A stretch of 64,000 nt of DNA, taken from NCBI RefSeq assembly GCF_022045235.1, contig NW_027266280.1, positions 1,488,001 to 1,552,000 on the forward strand, in the 5' to 3' direction. The DNA comes from Haliotis cracherodii (Eukaryota). The translations under genes were made by a program, and so were the position numbers. The notes under the pieces are model-generated. The model was not told the DNA's origin. It was given only the letters and a program-made list of their open reading frames with translations, and made no database searches. This document shows positions 62,159 to 64,000 of this stretch, piece after piece. How positions within the stretch are numbered: the stretch's first letter is position 1; each line of letters opens with the position of its first letter.

Positions 62159-62797
62159 TTAGGGGGCACATCCATAATCCCCACAACTGTTTTCACTGTC
62201 TGATGCTGTTGGGGCGGTGTTCGAACCTACTTTTGGTGTGCGGCGTTTGGCACAAGTGCACCCAACGAAATGGGTGACGATTTTGGGCTTGTAGATAAAG
62301 AAACCATTTTCACAGCCAGTTTCTTCTAAAACTCGGATTTGAGTGGAAACTCTCTCGCACTGGTTTTGGTTATTGTCAACGCATTTGTCACACTTACACA
62401 CGGCCTGGGGGATGGCACTTGGGTAGTGACCGGCGGGCAGATCGGTGACGTTGTAGTACCAGGGACAGAGGGACCTCATCCACAGGGGGTCCTGAGGGTC
62501 GTCACTGACGCTGCTGGGACAGGTGATGCCTCCGAGGTGGGAACTGTCGAACACCTGGTCGGTGTTCAGCTCGCTGTGTAAATATGACCCCGGTCTGGCA
62601 CCCTGAGCGTTACGAAGAAAGATGGAGGTGTCGGTGTTGGCGTTGAGACTTTGGAAGAGTTGGTTGATATCTTGAGGTGGTTGACAGTTGGCAGCGTTAC
62701 GACGTTGTCTGACCACGTGTTTCCAGGCGTCGTTGACAGGAAGAGCGGACGCAGAGAGGATCCCTACGCAGATCAGAACACACAGCTCATAAATCAT
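62159..62797 (-). CDS. IL17: Interleukin-17 family cytokine, copy 7 (protein identical to copy 6)
   Basis: Mirror of 55862-56500 in the palindrome. Confidence 0.92.
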   Translation of the reverse strand: MIYELCVLICVGILSASALPVNDAWKHVVRQRRNAANCQPPQDINQLFQSLNANTDTSIFLRNAQGARPGSYLHSELNTDQVFDSSHLGGITCPSSVSDDPQDPLWMRSLCPWYYNVTDLPAGHYPSAIPQAVCKCDKCVDNNQNQCERVSTQIRVLEETGCENGFFIYKPKIVTHFVGCTCAKRRTPKVGSNTAPTASDSENSCGDYGCAP

Positions 62798-64000
62798 GTT
62801 GGAAATCGAGTACTTTAACTTAAACTTTCACTGAAGTGGGAAATGATCTGTGAACAGCAAACGTTTGATGTTTTGCCTGACGGTGGAGTGTGGTCTGTCT
62901 GTCAACAAGTGATGGCACATTATATACACTAACAAATCCGGTGGGGTGTCCCTCGGCTAAATATACATTTGTCGCACTTTCAGCGTAACATGTGGGATGA
63001 GGTAGCTACTCACTGATGTATTTCCGTTATTGTTCCTCTTGGTTGCCCAGGCATGAAGATACTTTGTAGCAAGACCATCATCTCAAATAATCCCATGGAA
63101 AGTTGATTAGAAACCCACGAACGCGTGGACGGATGGAGGAATTTGTCAATGACGATCAGTATTGGGAATATTCATTAACGAAGTCACAAAAACATCAACC
63201 CTCTGTACATATAAGCATTTGTGTTTGCTGACTATGTTAAGAAATCCGTATTCTGAATGAAACTGACACGCTCGTCTTGAAGTGCACATGTGTACTTCGT
63301 TATAACGCTGATTGTTGTAGTCATATTTTATGTTTGTTGAGGATGTACATGTACGTATAGTAATGTAGTTTCGGATTATCCTCCATATTTTCCTATCTTT
63401 GTATTTGACAACATTTCATCAGATATTTTCTGACAAGTGTTATAACGAAGTGCCCTCACAATTAAGCACCCGGAAACAAATATCCGTGCCTTTTGGCCGA
63501 TCATGTGATTGGTTGTTGATTTTCTCGTGTGAGTGACGCAGGTTGTAACTGTGTACTGTACGAGCCTGGGTCTGGTGCTGACAGACCAGGGAGGATATTT
63601 CTGGGCGAATCTTGGATTCGAACCAACGAACAGCGGATACTGCCAGCTAAGGGAGGCAACTCTCGATCTGTAATCATGAAGACCAGTTTTAGTCAGAGCC
63701 CTTTTGGGAACATGTGACTGATTCCACATACGGACAAGGCCTGTTTTCCATCAGCTTGCAGAGCGCATTCAGCCTTTTTCAGAAAATTATACTTTGTCAG
63801 ATGCAAGCTTCGCCTGTATCGAATAAGTGAATATTGTCAGTCTTCTGCATGAATCAGGCTTCAAAACCGGACCTAGTGTTGATGTAAGAAGACCTCTGAC
63901 GCGTACACTGACCTACTGACCCACCCAGAGGTTGTTCTATAGCATCGTTCTGTCCAACAATGAAGGGGACTGGCTACTGTGCTATTATATAGTGGTTGTT

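Larger units (their letters stand above)
54659..64000. repeat. Large palindrome: left arm 54659-59025, spacer 59026-59633, right arm 59634-64000 (runs off window)
   Basis: Position p pairs with 118659-p, checked at both genes, the inner junction and the window end. One mismatch noticed (55297 C vs 63362 A). Confidence 0.95.

Overview
Repeat-rich animal (not prokaryotic) genomic DNA, most likely a mollusc; the SINE types and the cytokine suggest a gastropod such as abalone (inference). There is one 144-N scaffold gap at 23597-23740. The window holds a cluster of seven single-exon interleukin-17-family genes. Five are intact: 8067-8714(-), 28927-29565(+), 35102-35740(+), 55862-56500(+) and 62159-62797(-). 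Two are truncated: 46698-47180 by a LINE and 53167-53538 by a junction into a SINE fragment. The last two intact genes lie tail-to-tail in a near-perfect palindrome with arms of at least 4.37 kb and a 608-bp spacer. The cluster shows patchy gene conversion, a repeated segmental-duplication unit, compact kB/ETS/TATA promoters, a probable orphan promoter, and AU-rich elements plus UGU-triloop hairpins in the 3' UTRs. The proteins carry a furin-like RQRR site and a conserved C-terminal CGD[YF]xC motif. Intergenic DNA consists of tRNA-derived SINEs (several with clear TSDs), decayed Tc1/mariner and RNase H-bearing LINE copies, MITEs and many minisatellites. A minimal type I hammerhead ribozyme of the Penelope type lies at 1332-1377(-). 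Most other ORFs in the supplied track are repeat-derived or antisense shadows.
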